A stretch of DNA of 64,000 nt from assembly GCA_947625405.1 (NCBI GenBank), contig CANQOF010000011.1, positions 6,926-70,925 of the forward strand, in the 5' to 3' direction. Under the pieces are notes generated by a model. That model did no database searches and was not told the DNA's origin. It saw only the letters and a program-made list of their open reading frames with translations. Origin of the DNA: an uncultured Atopobiaceae bacterium. GTDB taxonomy: Bacteria; Actinomycetota; Coriobacteriia; Coriobacteriales; Atopobiaceae. Shown piece by piece: positions 1-9,730 of the stretch; position 1 is the stretch's first letter, and the number at the start of each line of letters is the position of its first letter. The translations under genes and the position numbers were made by a program.

Positions 1-200
1 CGCAGCATGATCGCGTCCATGCACTCGTAGGACACGAGCCACGCGAGGGTGTTGTCGCGGTCGTAGATCTCCATCACGCCGCATTCGATGAGCTCGGGAC
101 GCCACTTGCGCCCGTGGGTGAATTCCGAAACGCCGATGCGGTGGCTCTGCTTCGACTGCGTCCATGCCGTTTCCACGCGTTCCGCCAGCTCAGGTGCCAT
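1..200 (-). CDS. hypothetical protein, N-terminal fragment (gene runs off the left edge)
   Basis: ATG at 198-200 on the minus strand with GAGGAG 6 nt upstream. It reads MAPELAERVETAWTQSKQSHRIGVSEFTHGRKWRPELIECGVMEIYDRDNTLAWLVSYECMDAIML with G/C-rich third positions. It is absent from the ORF track because it is truncated. Confidence 0.4.
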   Translation of the reverse strand, partial: MAPELAERVETAWTQSKQSHRIGVSEFTHGRKWRPELIECGVMEIYDRDNTLAWLVSYECMDAIML

Positions 201-336
201 GTGATGCTCCTCACTCGCACGTTCTCTGATTTTCTACGCGCAGTATAACGCGCAAGATTTTGCGCATCAATCAGGTCGATTTGCGCGAGCGCGACGCTCT
301 CCACCGTGCGCGTGTGCGAGCGCGAATGCGCTCATC

Positions 337-389
337 AAAAAAGCCGTACCCCGCCTCGACCGCGAAATCGGGCGAGGAGGGGTACGGCT
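337..389 (-). terminator. intrinsic terminator downstream of the cyclophilin gene
   Basis: On the minus strand, an 11-bp stem AGCCGTACCCC/GGGGTACGGCT is followed by TTTTTT. It lies about 25 nt after the stop at 413. Confidence 0.6.
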
Positions 390-412
390 GAAATAGTTCA
401 GTGCCTGCGGCG

Positions 413-1117
413 CTACTTCGGCGCGACGGGGCCCTCGATGGTGATCGAGGTGATCTTCGGCTGGTTCGCGGCGAGGATCGTGCCATTGCCGTCCACCGGC
501 TGCGCGTCTGCCACGATGGCGTCCACCACGTCCATGCCCGAAACCACCTTGCCGAACGCCGCGTACTGGCCGTCGAGGTAGGGCGCGTCCGCGTGCATGA
601 TGAAGAACTGCGAGCTCGCGGAGTTCATATCCTGAGCACGCGCCATGGAGATCACGCCACGGGTGTGCGAGAGGTTGTTCTCGATGCCATTGGCGGAGAA
701 CTCGCCCACGATGTTCGTGCCGGAGCCGCCCGTGCCGTTGCCCTTGGGGTCGCCACCTTGGATCATGAAGCCGTCGATGATGCGATGGAACGTGAGCCCG
801 TCGTAGAAGCCCTCGTTTGCGAGCTTCACGAAATTCGCAACCGTCTTCGGCGCGACCTCGGGCATGAGCTCGACCTCGATCGTGCCATAGCCGTCCACGT
901 TGATCGTGGCGTAGTAGACCTCGCCCTTCTCAGCAGCTTTCATCACCGCATCCTCCGTAGTGTCCGCGGCCTCAGCCGCATCGCCTCCCTGCTCTCCGTC
1001 GGCAGTCGCCGCATCGCCACTGCAGCCGGAAAGCGCGACCCCCGCGCAGCACACGCCGAGCACGCCCATGAGCAGCACGAGCGCGAGCTTGAAGGGTCCC
1101 ATTTTCTTCTTAGCCAT
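413..1117 (-). CDS. peptidyl-prolyl cis-trans isomerase, cyclophilin type, lipoprotein
   Basis: Cyclophilin signature FHRIIDGFMIQGGDP plus SQFFI. The N-terminus MAKKKMGPFKLALVLLMGVLGVCCAGVALSGCSG is a signal peptide with a lipobox. I chose the internal ATG at 1117 rather than the track start at 1213. Confidence 0.9.
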   Translation of the reverse strand: MAKKKMGPFKLALVLLMGVLGVCCAGVALSGCSGDAATADGEQGGDAAEAADTTEDAVMKAAEKGEVYYATINVDGYGTIEVELMPEVAPKTVANFVKLANEGFYDGLTFHRIIDGFMIQGGDPKGNGTGGSGTNIVGEFSANGIENNLSHTRGVISMARAQDMNSASSQFFIMHADAPYLDGQYAAFGKVVSGMDVVDAIVADAQPVDGNGTILAANQPKITSITIEGPVAPK

Positions 1118-1339
1118 ACCGCTCCCAAATCGGGTTTTCCAAAGCCCCATAAGGATAGCGTCACCGACGTCACGCGCGAAAAATCGCAGGTAAAAACTAC
1201 ACGCACGCCACAAGATCCAGTGGGGTCCTCCCGAGCTCGCCTTCCCGGGGAGGGCGGCGGACGCAGCCCACGGCGCGGCACGCGGGCGCGCTCGGGCGCG
1301 CTCGGGCGAAAGGAGATGCCGAAGCCGAAAGGGGCGCGC

Positions 1340-2653
1340 CTAGGAGGGCGAGAGGCGCTTCGTCTTGAGCTTGAGCAGGAGCACGACGCAGATGGCCACG
1401 GCCATGAGGCAGGCGATGCCGCTAAAGACGATCGTGTAGGAGCCCGTGAGGCGGATGACGGTGCCCCAGATGAAGCCCGTCGCGAGGTTGCCGGCGCAGG
1501 CGGCCATGGAGATCCGCGAGTAGATGTGGGCGTAGTGCGCGCGGCCGAAGGAGAACTCGGAGAATTCGGGGAGCATCACGTTCGTCGTGCCATGGAAGAT
1601 GCCGTAGAGCGCGGCGCCCGCGAAGACGAAGACCGCGGCAAGGGGCCCGAGGAAGCAGAGCGTGAGCACGCCGGTGGCGCCGATGGCGATGCAGACGATG
1701 GTGCCGAGGTAGGGGATCTTGCTCGAGAGCGCGCCCATGCCGAGCTTCGAGGCGATCTGCGCCCCCATGGCGGTGGAGGCGGCCATGGCGCCGAGCATCG
1801 GCCACGCGGCGCCGACGGAAAGCGAATCCACGTAGCTCGGGATGATGTAGTACGTGTACATGCAGAAGTTCATGAGGAACGCGAGCGCCATGATGAGCGG
1901 GAAGGCGAGGGTGTGGTAGGCCTCCTTGGCCGTGATGCCCTCGTCCTCGCAATCCTCGGCGCTGCCGCCGACAGCCTGGCCGGAAGATCCGTCCCCCTGC
2001 CTTGCCTCCTGGGCCTCAAGCTCGGCGAGGCCGTAGGGCTCGAGCCCCTTGTCCTTGGGATAGCTCCGAATGCAGAACCAGCAGATGGGCACCGTCGCCG
2101 CGCAGACGCAGGCGAAGATGCGGTAGGTGGCCTGCCAGCCGAACTCGAGGATGAGCCAGCCGCCGAGCGTCGAGAACACGAGGCCGCCCACCCCGGCAAA
2201 CGCCATCACGAGCCCCACGAAGAAGCCCGCGCGCTCCACGAACCAACGGTTGATGATCGTCGAGGGCGCCATGAGGTTGAGCATCACCACGCCGAACCCC
2301 ATCACGAACGCGCCGAGGAAATACATCCAGAGCTCCGTGGCGAAGGAGAGCCAGACGAAATCGATCGCGATCACCGCGCATGATCCCGCCACGCAGACGC
2401 GCGAATCCACGTGATCGAGCATCTTTCCCATGAAGGGCAGCGCGATGAGGCCGGCGCCCCAGAGAAACGAGGTGTAGTAGCTCGTGACGCCGCTCGACAC
2501 GTGGAGCGTCTTCGCGATGGGTGTGTAGAAGATGCCCGCCGCGTCGAGGGCGATTGCCATGGGCATGCCGATGGCGCAGATGAGGGCGAAGACCACGAGG
2601 AAGCCGAAGAAGGGGCGCCGCGCCGCACCCGCGCTCTCGTGCGTGGTTGCCAC
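1340..2653 (-). CDS. MFS transporter
   Basis: About 12 hydrophobic segments with typical MFS loop spacing. GTG at 2653 is preceded by GAAGGAGG at 5-nt spacing. The track start at 2734 adds a basic, non-membrane extension. Confidence 0.8.
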   Translation of the reverse strand: MATTHESAGAARRPFFGFLVVFALICAIGMPMAIALDAAGIFYTPIAKTLHVSSGVTSYYTSFLWGAGLIALPFMGKMLDHVDSRVCVAGSCAVIAIDFVWLSFATELWMYFLGAFVMGFGVVMLNLMAPSTIINRWFVERAGFFVGLVMAFAGVGGLVFSTLGGWLILEFGWQATYRIFACVCAATVPICWFCIRSYPKDKGLEPYGLAELEAQEARQGDGSSGQAVGGSAEDCEDEGITAKEAYHTLAFPLIMALAFLMNFCMYTYYIIPSYVDSLSVGAAWPMLGAMAASTAMGAQIASKLGMGALSSKIPYLGTIVCIAIGATGVLTLCFLGPLAAVFVFAGAALYGIFHGTTNVMLPEFSEFSFGRAHYAHIYSRISMAACAGNLATGFIWGTVIRLTGSYTIVFSGIACLMAVAICVVLLLKLKTKRLSPS

Positions 2654-2912
2654 GTCCCCCTCCTTCCCTTCCACCGCCTTTCGGTTCTTTCTACCCAACC
2701 TCCCCTTCGGTGGCTCCGTCCCTTTGCTCCGCATCTCCCCTTATTTGGTGAGGCCAAATAAGGCCAGTTACGAGCGAAATGAGCGAAGACCCCGCCTCGC
2801 GGGCGGGCGAGGCGGGGTCTGCTTCCAGCCGTCAGGCGTGGTGAGTTGGAGGATTACGCGCTGGACGGCTCATTTCCCTAGGCGCAAGCGCGTGTGCGCG
2901 TCCTCCCTCGCG

Positions 2913-4415
2913 CTAGCGCTTGTCTTCGTGGCGCTTCTCGTAGAAGGCGGCGAGCTCGGGCGCGATCTGGTCGAGCGCGTCGAGGTCGGTGTAGGCCATG
3001 TGGCCGTTCGAGTGGAGGTGGTACTCGATGCGATCTTTCAGGGCGTCCGGCAGGAAGAGCTTGCCCACGGCGTGCTTCACGTTCCACCACGGGGTCGCGG
3101 CGTCGTGGATGCCGCCGAGGAAGCACACGCGGCACTTCGGGTTCCTGCGGAGCGCGGTCGCCATGTCGTAGGCCACGTTCGGGCACTGCGGGCTTCCCAT
3201 GGTGCCCGGCGAGGTGTGCGTGAAGTTCCAGTCCATGTTCACCGTGAAGGACAGGCCCACGTAGTTCGGCGAGCCTTGGTAGCCCGTCTCCTCCACGAGC
3301 TTCATCCACGCGGTGGTGTAGGGCGAGTTGATGGCGTCCATCGAGGGATCCTCGCCCGCGAAGAACTCGTTGTCGCCCTGCACGCGCATGTAGGCGGGCT
3401 CGGTGTAGCGCACGTCGTAGCGGCCGGTGAAGAGGCCTTGGTCGCGCATCACGTGCTTGCGCCAGCTGTCGAGCTCGATGCGCAGGTGCTGGCGAAGGAT
3501 GAACTTCTTCTTGAGGCCGATGAGCTCGGAGAGCTGGCCGGCCACCTCGTCCTCTTCCTCGGGCGTGATCGTGTCGGCTTTGATGAGCGCGGGGCCGTAG
3601 GTGCCCTCCACGAAGTCGCACGCCTTGTCGAACCACTCGTACTGGTCGACGCCGGCTCCGGCCTTGCCGAAGTAGTTCGCGCCGGCCGCGTAGACGGGCA
3701 CCATGCCCATGTAGTAGAGGTCGTTTCCGGCGAGCGTGTAGGCGTAGTCGAGGATCGTCGACTGCTCGATTACGCCGGTGACACCGATGCCCTTCTCGCC
3801 GAGCACGCGCATGAGGACGGCGTTGCGGAAGGTGCCGTAGCTCTCGCCGTAGATGTAGAGCGGGGTGTTCCAGCGGCCGTGCCGCGTCATCCACTCGGCG
3901 ATGGCGCGCGCGAAGGCGTCCGCGTCACCGTCGACGCTCCAGACCTTCTTGGAGTCGTAGTCCTTGGCGATGTAGGAGTAGCCGGTGCCGAAGGCGTCGA
4001 GGAACACGAGGTCGGAGCTCGGGAGCAGCGAGTTCGGGTTGTCGACGGGCTCCTGCGGGCACGCGAGCGCGTTCATGCCGTCGGGGCGGATGCACTTCGG
4101 ACCCATGCCGCCCATGTTCACCATCATCGACGCGCCGCCGGGGCCGCCGTTCCAGAGGAAGGTGACGGGGCGATCGGTCTTGTCCTCTTGGTCCGTCACA
4201 TAGGAGAGCGCGAACATGTGGCCGATGAGCGTGCCGTCGTCCTCGCGCACGGGGAGCGCCTCCGCCGTCATGTCGTAGACGAGCGTACGGGTGCCATCAG
4301 TCCAGGTATCGCGCTTGGTGCCGGGCTTTGGCGGCGTGTAGTCGTCGTTTTTCGCCGCGCCACCCTTGGTGACCGTGAATGTTTCGGGCGTGGAGGTCTT
4401 GGGATCGTCAGCCAT
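2913..4415 (-). CDS. serine carboxypeptidase-like protein (peptidase S10 family)
   Basis: The motifs [10 protein letters not shown] and YGESYG match the S10 family WLNGGPGCSS and GESYAG boxes. GAAGGAG lies 6 nt upstream of the ATG. Confidence 0.7.
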   Translation of the reverse strand: MADDPKTSTPETFTVTKGGAAKNDDYTPPKPGTKRDTWTDGTRTLVYDMTAEALPVREDDGTLIGHMFALSYVTDQEDKTDRPVTFLWNGGPGGASMMVNMGGMGPKCIRPDGMNALACPQEPVDNPNSLLPSSDLVFLDAFGTGYSYIAKDYDSKKVWSVDGDADAFARAIAEWMTRHGRWNTPLYIYGESYGTFRNAVLMRVLGEKGIGVTGVIEQSTILDYAYTLAGNDLYYMGMVPVYAAGANYFGKAGAGVDQYEWFDKACDFVEGTYGPALIKADTITPEEEDEVAGQLSELIGLKKKFILRQHLRIELDSWRKHVMRDQGLFTGRYDVRYTEPAYMRVQGDNEFFAGEDPSMDAINSPYTTAWMKLVEETGYQGSPNYVGLSFTVNMDWNFTHTSPGTMGSPQCPNVAYDMATALRRNPKCRVCFLGGIHDAATPWWNVKHAVGKLFLPDALKDRIEYHLHSNGHMAYTDLDALDQIAPELAAFYEKRHEDKR

Positions 4416-4714
4416 GAGGGCTCCTTCTGGTTGTGCCCCTGGCGAGAAACCTCCAGGGACGGCCGTCTTTCACGGCCTCTTGTTCCCCACGGCTCGCCAC
4501 CTCGCGACCACGCCCTCCGCGAGCGGCCGCTCTGCATGGAATGTCCACGAGGGGCAGCGGGCGGCAGCGCGCGAGACGGAATGGGCAAGCTTGTGCGGGT
4601 CTGGAGCGCGCGGGCGAACGAGGAGGTTCCGGGTTGTCGTTGGAATCGAGGGCGGTGGGCCGCTACGCTTTTCCCTTGGAGAAACGAGAGAAATTCGCGC
4701 GCTCCCGCGACGTT

Positions 4715-4780
4715 CGCGGCACCCAAAACGCCCGCGGCACCCAAAACGCCCGCGGCACCCAAAACGCCCGCGGCACCCGA
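4715..4780. repeat. 18-bp tandem repeat, 3.6 copies (CGCGGCACCCAAAACGCC)
   Basis: Three exact head-to-tail copies at 4715-4732, 4733-4750 and 4751-4768, plus a partial fourth. It sits in the divergent intergenic region, 48 bp upstream of the icd ATG. Confidence 0.9.
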
Positions 4781-4827
4781 GGAGCGGGGCGGGGCTTTGC
4801 GAGCGCGCGAACGCGAGAGGAGATCCC

Positions 4828-6039
4828 ATGGCGAAAGTGCCGATGACCACGCCGCTCGTGGAGATGGATGGCGACGAGATGACGCGCATCATCTGGGCGC
4901 TCATCAAGGAAAAGCTGCTCGAACCCTTCATCGACCTCAAGACCGAGTACTTTGACCTCGGCCTCGAGCACCGCGACGAGACGGACGACGCCGTCACCGT
5001 CGAAGCCGCGGAGGCCATCAAGCGCCTCGGAGTGGGCGTGAAGTGCGCGACCATCACGCCGAACGCGCAGCGCGTGGAGGAATACGGCCTGAAGGAGATG
5101 TGGAAGAGCCCGAACGGCACAATCCGCGCGATCCTCGACGGCACCGTCTTCCGCACGCCCATCACCGTCGCCGGCATTGAGCCCACGGTGCGCTGCTGGA
5201 AGCGGCCGATCACCATCGCGCGCCACGCCTACGGCGACGTCTATCGCAACGCCGAGCTGCGCGTGGACGAGCCGGGCACGGTGGAGCTCGTCTATAAGAA
5301 GGCGAGCGGCGCCGAGGAGCGCGTGACGGTCTTCGAGTTCAGCGGCCCCGGCGTGGTGCAGGGCATGCACAACCTCGACGCCTCGATCGAGAGCTTTGCG
5401 CGGAGCTGCTTCACCTACGCGCTCGACCTCAAGCAGGATCTCTGGTTCGCCACGAAGGACACGATCTCCAAGACCTACGACCACCGCTTCAAGGACATCT
5501 TCCAGGCGATCTTCGACGCCGAGTTCGCCGAGCGCTTCGAGGCGGCCGGGATCGAGTACTTCTACACGCTCATCGACGACGCGGTCGCGAGGGTGATGCG
5601 CGCCGAGGGCGGCTTCATCTGGGCCTGCAAGAACTACGACGGCGACGTGATGAGCGACATGGTGAGCTCCGCGGCCGGCTCGCTCGCGATGATGACGAGC
5701 GTGCTCGTGAGCCCCGACGGCTACTTCGAGTACGAGGCGGCGCACGGCACCGTCCAGCGCCACTACTACAAGCACCTCGCGGGCGAGGAGACCTCCACGA
5801 ACTCGGTGGCGACGATCTTCGCGTGGTCCGGGGCACTCCGGAAGCGCGGCGAGCTCGATGGCAACGAGGCGCTGCGGGAATTCGCGAACGCGCTCGAGCG
5901 CGCCACCCTCGAGACGATCGAGGCCGGCGAAATGACGGGCGACCTCGCGCGCATCACCACGCTTCCCGACCCCGTGACGCTTTCGACCTCGGCTTTCATC
6001 GACGCCGTCGCCGCGACGCTCGCAAAGAAACTCGCATAG
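4828..6039 (+). CDS. icd: isocitrate dehydrogenase (NADP), monomer about 400 aa, eukaryote-like subfamily
   Basis: The N-terminus [31 protein letters not shown], and full-length resemblance to IDH1/2-type enzymes. I used the ATG at 4828, not the track start at 4366. Confidence 0.9.
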   Translation: MAKVPMTTPLVEMDGDEMTRIIWALIKEKLLEPFIDLKTEYFDLGLEHRDETDDAVTVEAAEAIKRLGVGVKCATITPNAQRVEEYGLKEMWKSPNGTIRAILDGTVFRTPITVAGIEPTVRCWKRPITIARHAYGDVYRNAELRVDEPGTVELVYKKASGAEERVTVFEFSGPGVVQGMHNLDASIESFARSCFTYALDLKQDLWFATKDTISKTYDHRFKDIFQAIFDAEFAERFEAAGIEYFYTLIDDAVARVMRAEGGFIWACKNYDGDVMSDMVSSAAGSLAMMTSVLVSPDGYFEYEAAHGTVQRHYYKHLAGEETSTNSVATIFAWSGALRKRGELDGNEALREFANALERATLETIEAGEMTGDLARITTLPDPVTLSTSAFIDAVAATLAKKLA

Positions 6040-6075
6040 ATTCCCCTTGCCCGAACGGGCCTCGCCAAAACAGAG

Positions 6076-6105
6076 CCCCTACCTCGCGCGATGCGCGAGA
6101 TAGGG
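6076..6105 (+). terminator. GC-rich hairpin after icd
   Basis: CCCCTACCTCGCGC...GCGCGAGATAGGGG forms a 13/14 stem 37 nt after the icd stop. The T tract is weak. Confidence 0.4.
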
Positions 6106-6257
6106 GCAATTCTCGATGAGCACCGAAGGAGGCCGGTTGCCGCGCACGCTATGCGTGCACCGCAACACGGGTTCGTTCGGTGAAAACAACACAGACGCGA
6201 CGGTCGAGCTCGGGGCGGGGCATATACCTCTCCAAATAGCCGCGAAAAGGAGTAGGT

Positions 6258-8015
6258 ATGGCTGATGGTTCCCGCCCTCGCGCGAGCGCTCCCGGCACGT
6301 CTGAGCTCGCCCCCTTTGCCCCCTCGCTTGAGGCTTCGCTCGCGAGGATGTCGCCCTTCGAGGTGAAGGACCTCCTCATCTCCTACGCCAAGGAGGACGC
6401 GAAGAAGTCCGCGTTCACGTTCCTGAACGCCGGACGCGGCAACCCGAATTGGATCGCCACGGTGCCGCGCGACGCGTTCTTCCTCATCGGGCAATTCGCG
6501 ATGAGCGAGGCGAGGCGCAAGATGTCCATGCCGGAGTTCGACCTCGCGGGCGAGCCGCCGGCAACGGGATGCGCCGCGCGCTTCCTCGATTTCCTCGAAA
6601 AGGAGAGCGCCGCGCTCTCCGCGGGAGGCGCGAACGCTCCCGCCGACGCGCACAACGCCTGGGCCGCCAAGCTGCTGAAACTCGGCTACGACTACCTCAC
6701 CTCGCCCGTGAGCGAGGGCGGCCTCGGCCTCGACGGGGATTCGCTCGTGCACGAATGGAGCGAGGGCATCATCGGCTGCGAGTACCCCGTGCCGGATCGC
6801 ATCCTCGAGAACACGCAGGAGATCTGCCGCCGCTACCTCGTGCAGGAGATGGACGGCGGCGAGGAGCCGAAGGCAGCCGACGGCTCCCCCGCTCCCTACG
6901 ACCTCTTCGCCACCGAGGGCGGCACCGCGGCCATGTGCTACCTCTTCTACAGCCTGAAGGCGAACTTCCTCGTGAACCCCGGCGACACGATCGCCCTCAT
7001 GACTCCCATCTTCACGCCCTACATCGACATCGCGGGCTTGAACGACTTCCACTTCAACGTGGTGAACATCAACGCCACCACGCTCGACTCCGAGGGCCTC
7101 CACACGTGGCAGTACCCCGACGAGGAGCTCGAGAAGCTGAGGGACCCGAAGGTGAAGCTCCTCTGCCTCGTGAACCCGTCAAACCCTCCGAGCTACGCGC
7201 TCTCCGAGCACACGCGCCAAAAGCTCGTGGAGATCGTCCAGAAGAGCAACCCGAACCTCATCATCATCACGGACGACGTCTACGGCACCTTCGTGAACGA
7301 CTTCCGTTCCGTGATGCACGACCTGCCGAGGAACACGGCGCTCGTGTACTCGTTCTCGAAGTACTTCGGCGCCACCGGCTGGCGCCTCGCCACGATCGCC
7401 CTCGCGCGGGACAACATCTTCGACGAGCTCATCTCGAAGCTCCCCGACGAGCAAAAGCAGGTGCTCTACCAGCGCTATTCCGAGCTCAAGGAGGACGGCT
7501 CGGCGCTCAAGTTCTGCGACAGGCTCGTGGCGGATTCGCGCCTCGTCGCGCTCAACGGCACGGCCGGGCTCTCCACGCCGCAGCAGGTGCAGATGAGCCT
7601 TTTCGCGCTCTACGCGCTGCTCGACAAGGCGGGCACCTACAAGCGCAAGATGCGGGAGCTCATCAACGACCGCCTCGAGGCGCTCTGGCGCTCGCTCGGC
7701 TGGACGCTCGAGCCCGACCCGCTCCGCGCCGGCTACTACTCGATGCTCGACCTCGAGATCTGGACGACGAAGCTCTATGGCAAGGACTTCTTCAGCTGGC
7801 TCTCCGCGCACTATCGGCCGATCGACGTGGTGCTTCGCCTCGCGAAGGACACGGGCGTCGTGGTGCTCGCGGGCGACGGCTTCGACGCCGGCCGCTGGAG
7901 CGTGCGCGTGGCCCTCGCGAACCTCTACGTGGACGACTTCCTCGCCGTGGGCAAGCGAGTGAGCGAGATCCTCGCCGAGTACCACGCCGCCTGGCAGGCG
8001 GAGGAAAAGAAGTAG
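6258..8015 (+). CDS. asdA: PLP-dependent aminotransferase of the aspartate 4-decarboxylase type
   Basis: LNAGRGNPNW near the N-terminus. YSFSKYFGATGWRL carries the PLP-lysine box. The length of about 585 aa is typical of bifunctional aspartate aminotransferase/4-decarboxylase. AAGGAG lies 6 nt upstream of the ATG. Confidence 0.7.
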   Translation: MADGSRPRASAPGTSELAPFAPSLEASLARMSPFEVKDLLISYAKEDAKKSAFTFLNAGRGNPNWIATVPRDAFFLIGQFAMSEARRKMSMPEFDLAGEPPATGCAARFLDFLEKESAALSAGGANAPADAHNAWAAKLLKLGYDYLTSPVSEGGLGLDGDSLVHEWSEGIIGCEYPVPDRILENTQEICRRYLVQEMDGGEEPKAADGSPAPYDLFATEGGTAAMCYLFYSLKANFLVNPGDTIALMTPIFTPYIDIAGLNDFHFNVVNINATTLDSEGLHTWQYPDEELEKLRDPKVKLLCLVNPSNPPSYALSEHTRQKLVEIVQKSNPNLIIITDDVYGTFVNDFRSVMHDLPRNTALVYSFSKYFGATGWRLATIALARDNIFDELISKLPDEQKQVLYQRYSELKEDGSALKFCDRLVADSRLVALNGTAGLSTPQQVQMSLFALYALLDKAGTYKRKMRELINDRLEALWRSLGWTLEPDPLRAGYYSMLDLEIWTTKLYGKDFFSWLSAHYRPIDVVLRLAKDTGVVVLAGDGFDAGRWSVRVALANLYVDDFLAVGKRVSEILAEYHAAWQAEEKK

Positions 8016-8040
8016 CGGGGCCTTCGCGCCGCAAGGCAAA

Positions 8041-8072
8041 AGGACCGTCCCCTTTGTCTTGCGCTTTGCCGT
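8041..8072. repeat. GCAAGAC...GGGACGGTYCC...GTCTTGC hairpin element, copy 1
   Basis: GCAAGGCAAAAGGACCGTCCCCTTTGTCTTGC. Related copies lie at 29039-29070, 30839-30870 and 41738-41768. Confidence 0.6.
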
Positions 8073-8203
8073 TCGGCCGATGGCTTTGTGTTTGCTCGGT
8101 GGAGCGGGTTCGCCTTGCGAAGACGCGGGGTATAGCCCTCGTGGATCGATGAATCGCGTGGCATGGCGCTCGCGCCGTCCGCGCCCGAGAAAGAAGGTTG
8201 GCC

Positions 8204-9709
8204 ATGGCGTGCACACTGATGATGATCGGCAACAAGGCTTCCAACGACGGCTCGACGATCATCGCCCGCAACGAGGATTGCGAAAACGGCGATTTCAATC
8301 CCAAGAAACTCGTGGTCGTGAAGCCGGAGGACCAGCCACGCGAGTACACGGGCGTGAACAGCCACCTCACGATCAAGCTCCCCGACAACCCGATGCGCTA
8401 CACCTGTTCGCCGAACGTGGATAGCTCGGACGGCGTCTGGGGCGAGGCCGGCATCAACGAGGCGAACGTGGCCATGAGCGCCACCGAGACGATCTCCTCG
8501 AACGCGCGCGTGCTCGGCGCGGACCCGCTCGTCACCTACGACCCCGAGACCGGCACGCCCGGCGGCATCGGCGAGGAAGACCTCGTCACCATCATCCTCC
8601 CCTATGTGAAGACCGCCCGCGAGGGGTGCCTGCGCTTCGGCAAGCTCCTCGAGACCTACGGCACGTACGAGATGAACGGCATCGCCTTCGCCGACGAGAC
8701 CGAGGTGTGGTACATCGAATCGATCGGCGGCCACCACTGGATCGCGCGCCGCGTGCCCGACGACTGCTATTGCGTGCAGCCGAACCGCCAGGGCATCGAC
8801 AAGCTCGACTTCTCCGACGCCTACGGCGCCCAGAAGGACTACATGTGCTCGGCCGACCTCGCGCAGTGGATGGCGGAGAACTTCGTCGACGTCTCCTACG
8901 GCGTGCCGAAGCTCCTGCGCTCGGACAAGTACTTCGGTCTCCCCGTCGTGATCAACCCACGCGACGCGTTCTCGAGCCGCACGTGGTTCGACATGGTCTA
9001 CAACAACCCGCGCGCCTGGTACATCTACGCCACACTCAACAACACCACGCCCGAATTCCGCGGCCCCGAGCCGAAGTACAAGGTCGAATCGATGGACATC
9101 CCGTGGTGCATCAAGCCCGAGCGCCTCATCACCGTCGAGGACGTGAAGCAGATGCTCGGCACCACCTACAACGGCACGAAGTACAACTGCTACGGCAACC
9201 TCGGCGACGAGGGCTCGCGCCGGCTCTATAGGCAGGTGGGCATCAACCGCACGTGCGAGTGCTCGATCCTGAACATTCGCCCCTACGCGCCCGACGCCGC
9301 GAAGGCCGTACAGTGGATCGCCATGGGCTCCGGCCCCTTCAACACCGCGATCGCGATCTTCACGAGCGTGGACGAGGTGCCCGAGTACCTCGACACGACG
9401 ATGCGCATTTCCACGGACGACTTCTACTGGGCGATCCGCCTCATCTCCGGCCTCGCCGACCCCGAGTTCTTCGCGAACGAGAACGCGATCACCGGCTACC
9501 AGCAGGCCACGATGGCGCTCGGCTACCAATCGCTTCATAGCGTGGACGCCGAGCTCGCGAAGGGCGGCTCCGACGCCATGGGCGTGCTCAAGGCCGCGAA
9601 CCAGAGGCTCTGCGACGCCGTGATGAGGCAGACGGACGACCTCCTCTCCAGCGTGCTCTACACGAGGAGCATGGAGATGAAGAACCGCTTCAGCGCAAGC
9701 GACCACTAA
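8204..9709 (+). CDS. C69 family dipeptidase
   Basis: The N-terminus MACTLMMIGNKASNDGSTIIARNED has the N-terminal Cys nucleophile context of family C69. Length is about 500 aa. I preferred the ATG at 8204 over the TTG at 8198. Confidence 0.85.
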   Translation: MACTLMMIGNKASNDGSTIIARNEDCENGDFNPKKLVVVKPEDQPREYTGVNSHLTIKLPDNPMRYTCSPNVDSSDGVWGEAGINEANVAMSATETISSNARVLGADPLVTYDPETGTPGGIGEEDLVTIILPYVKTAREGCLRFGKLLETYGTYEMNGIAFADETEVWYIESIGGHHWIARRVPDDCYCVQPNRQGIDKLDFSDAYGAQKDYMCSADLAQWMAENFVDVSYGVPKLLRSDKYFGLPVVINPRDAFSSRTWFDMVYNNPRAWYIYATLNNTTPEFRGPEPKYKVESMDIPWCIKPERLITVEDVKQMLGTTYNGTKYNCYGNLGDEGSRRLYRQVGINRTCECSILNIRPYAPDAAKAVQWIAMGSGPFNTAIAIFTSVDEVPEYLDTTMRISTDDFYWAIRLISGLADPEFFANENAITGYQQATMALGYQSLHSVDAELAKGGSDAMGVLKAANQRLCDAVMRQTDDLLSSVLYTRSMEMKNRFSASDH

Positions 9710-9730
9710 TCCACTCGACGCTGCGACACT

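Noticed and set aside
401-2383. 660-aa + strand ORF, and similar very long track ORFs such as 2532-4955 (+), 7925-9739 (-), 50820-51770 (-), 53234-55651 (+), 56527-58206 (+) and 58125-60668 (+)
   Set aside because: Their translations are dominated by R/A/G/H/E/V/L runs typical of antisense or out-of-frame reading of high-G+C genes. They overlap opposite-strand or same-strand genes with clear family motifs (cyclophilin, MFS, C69, GT2) and lack SD motifs.
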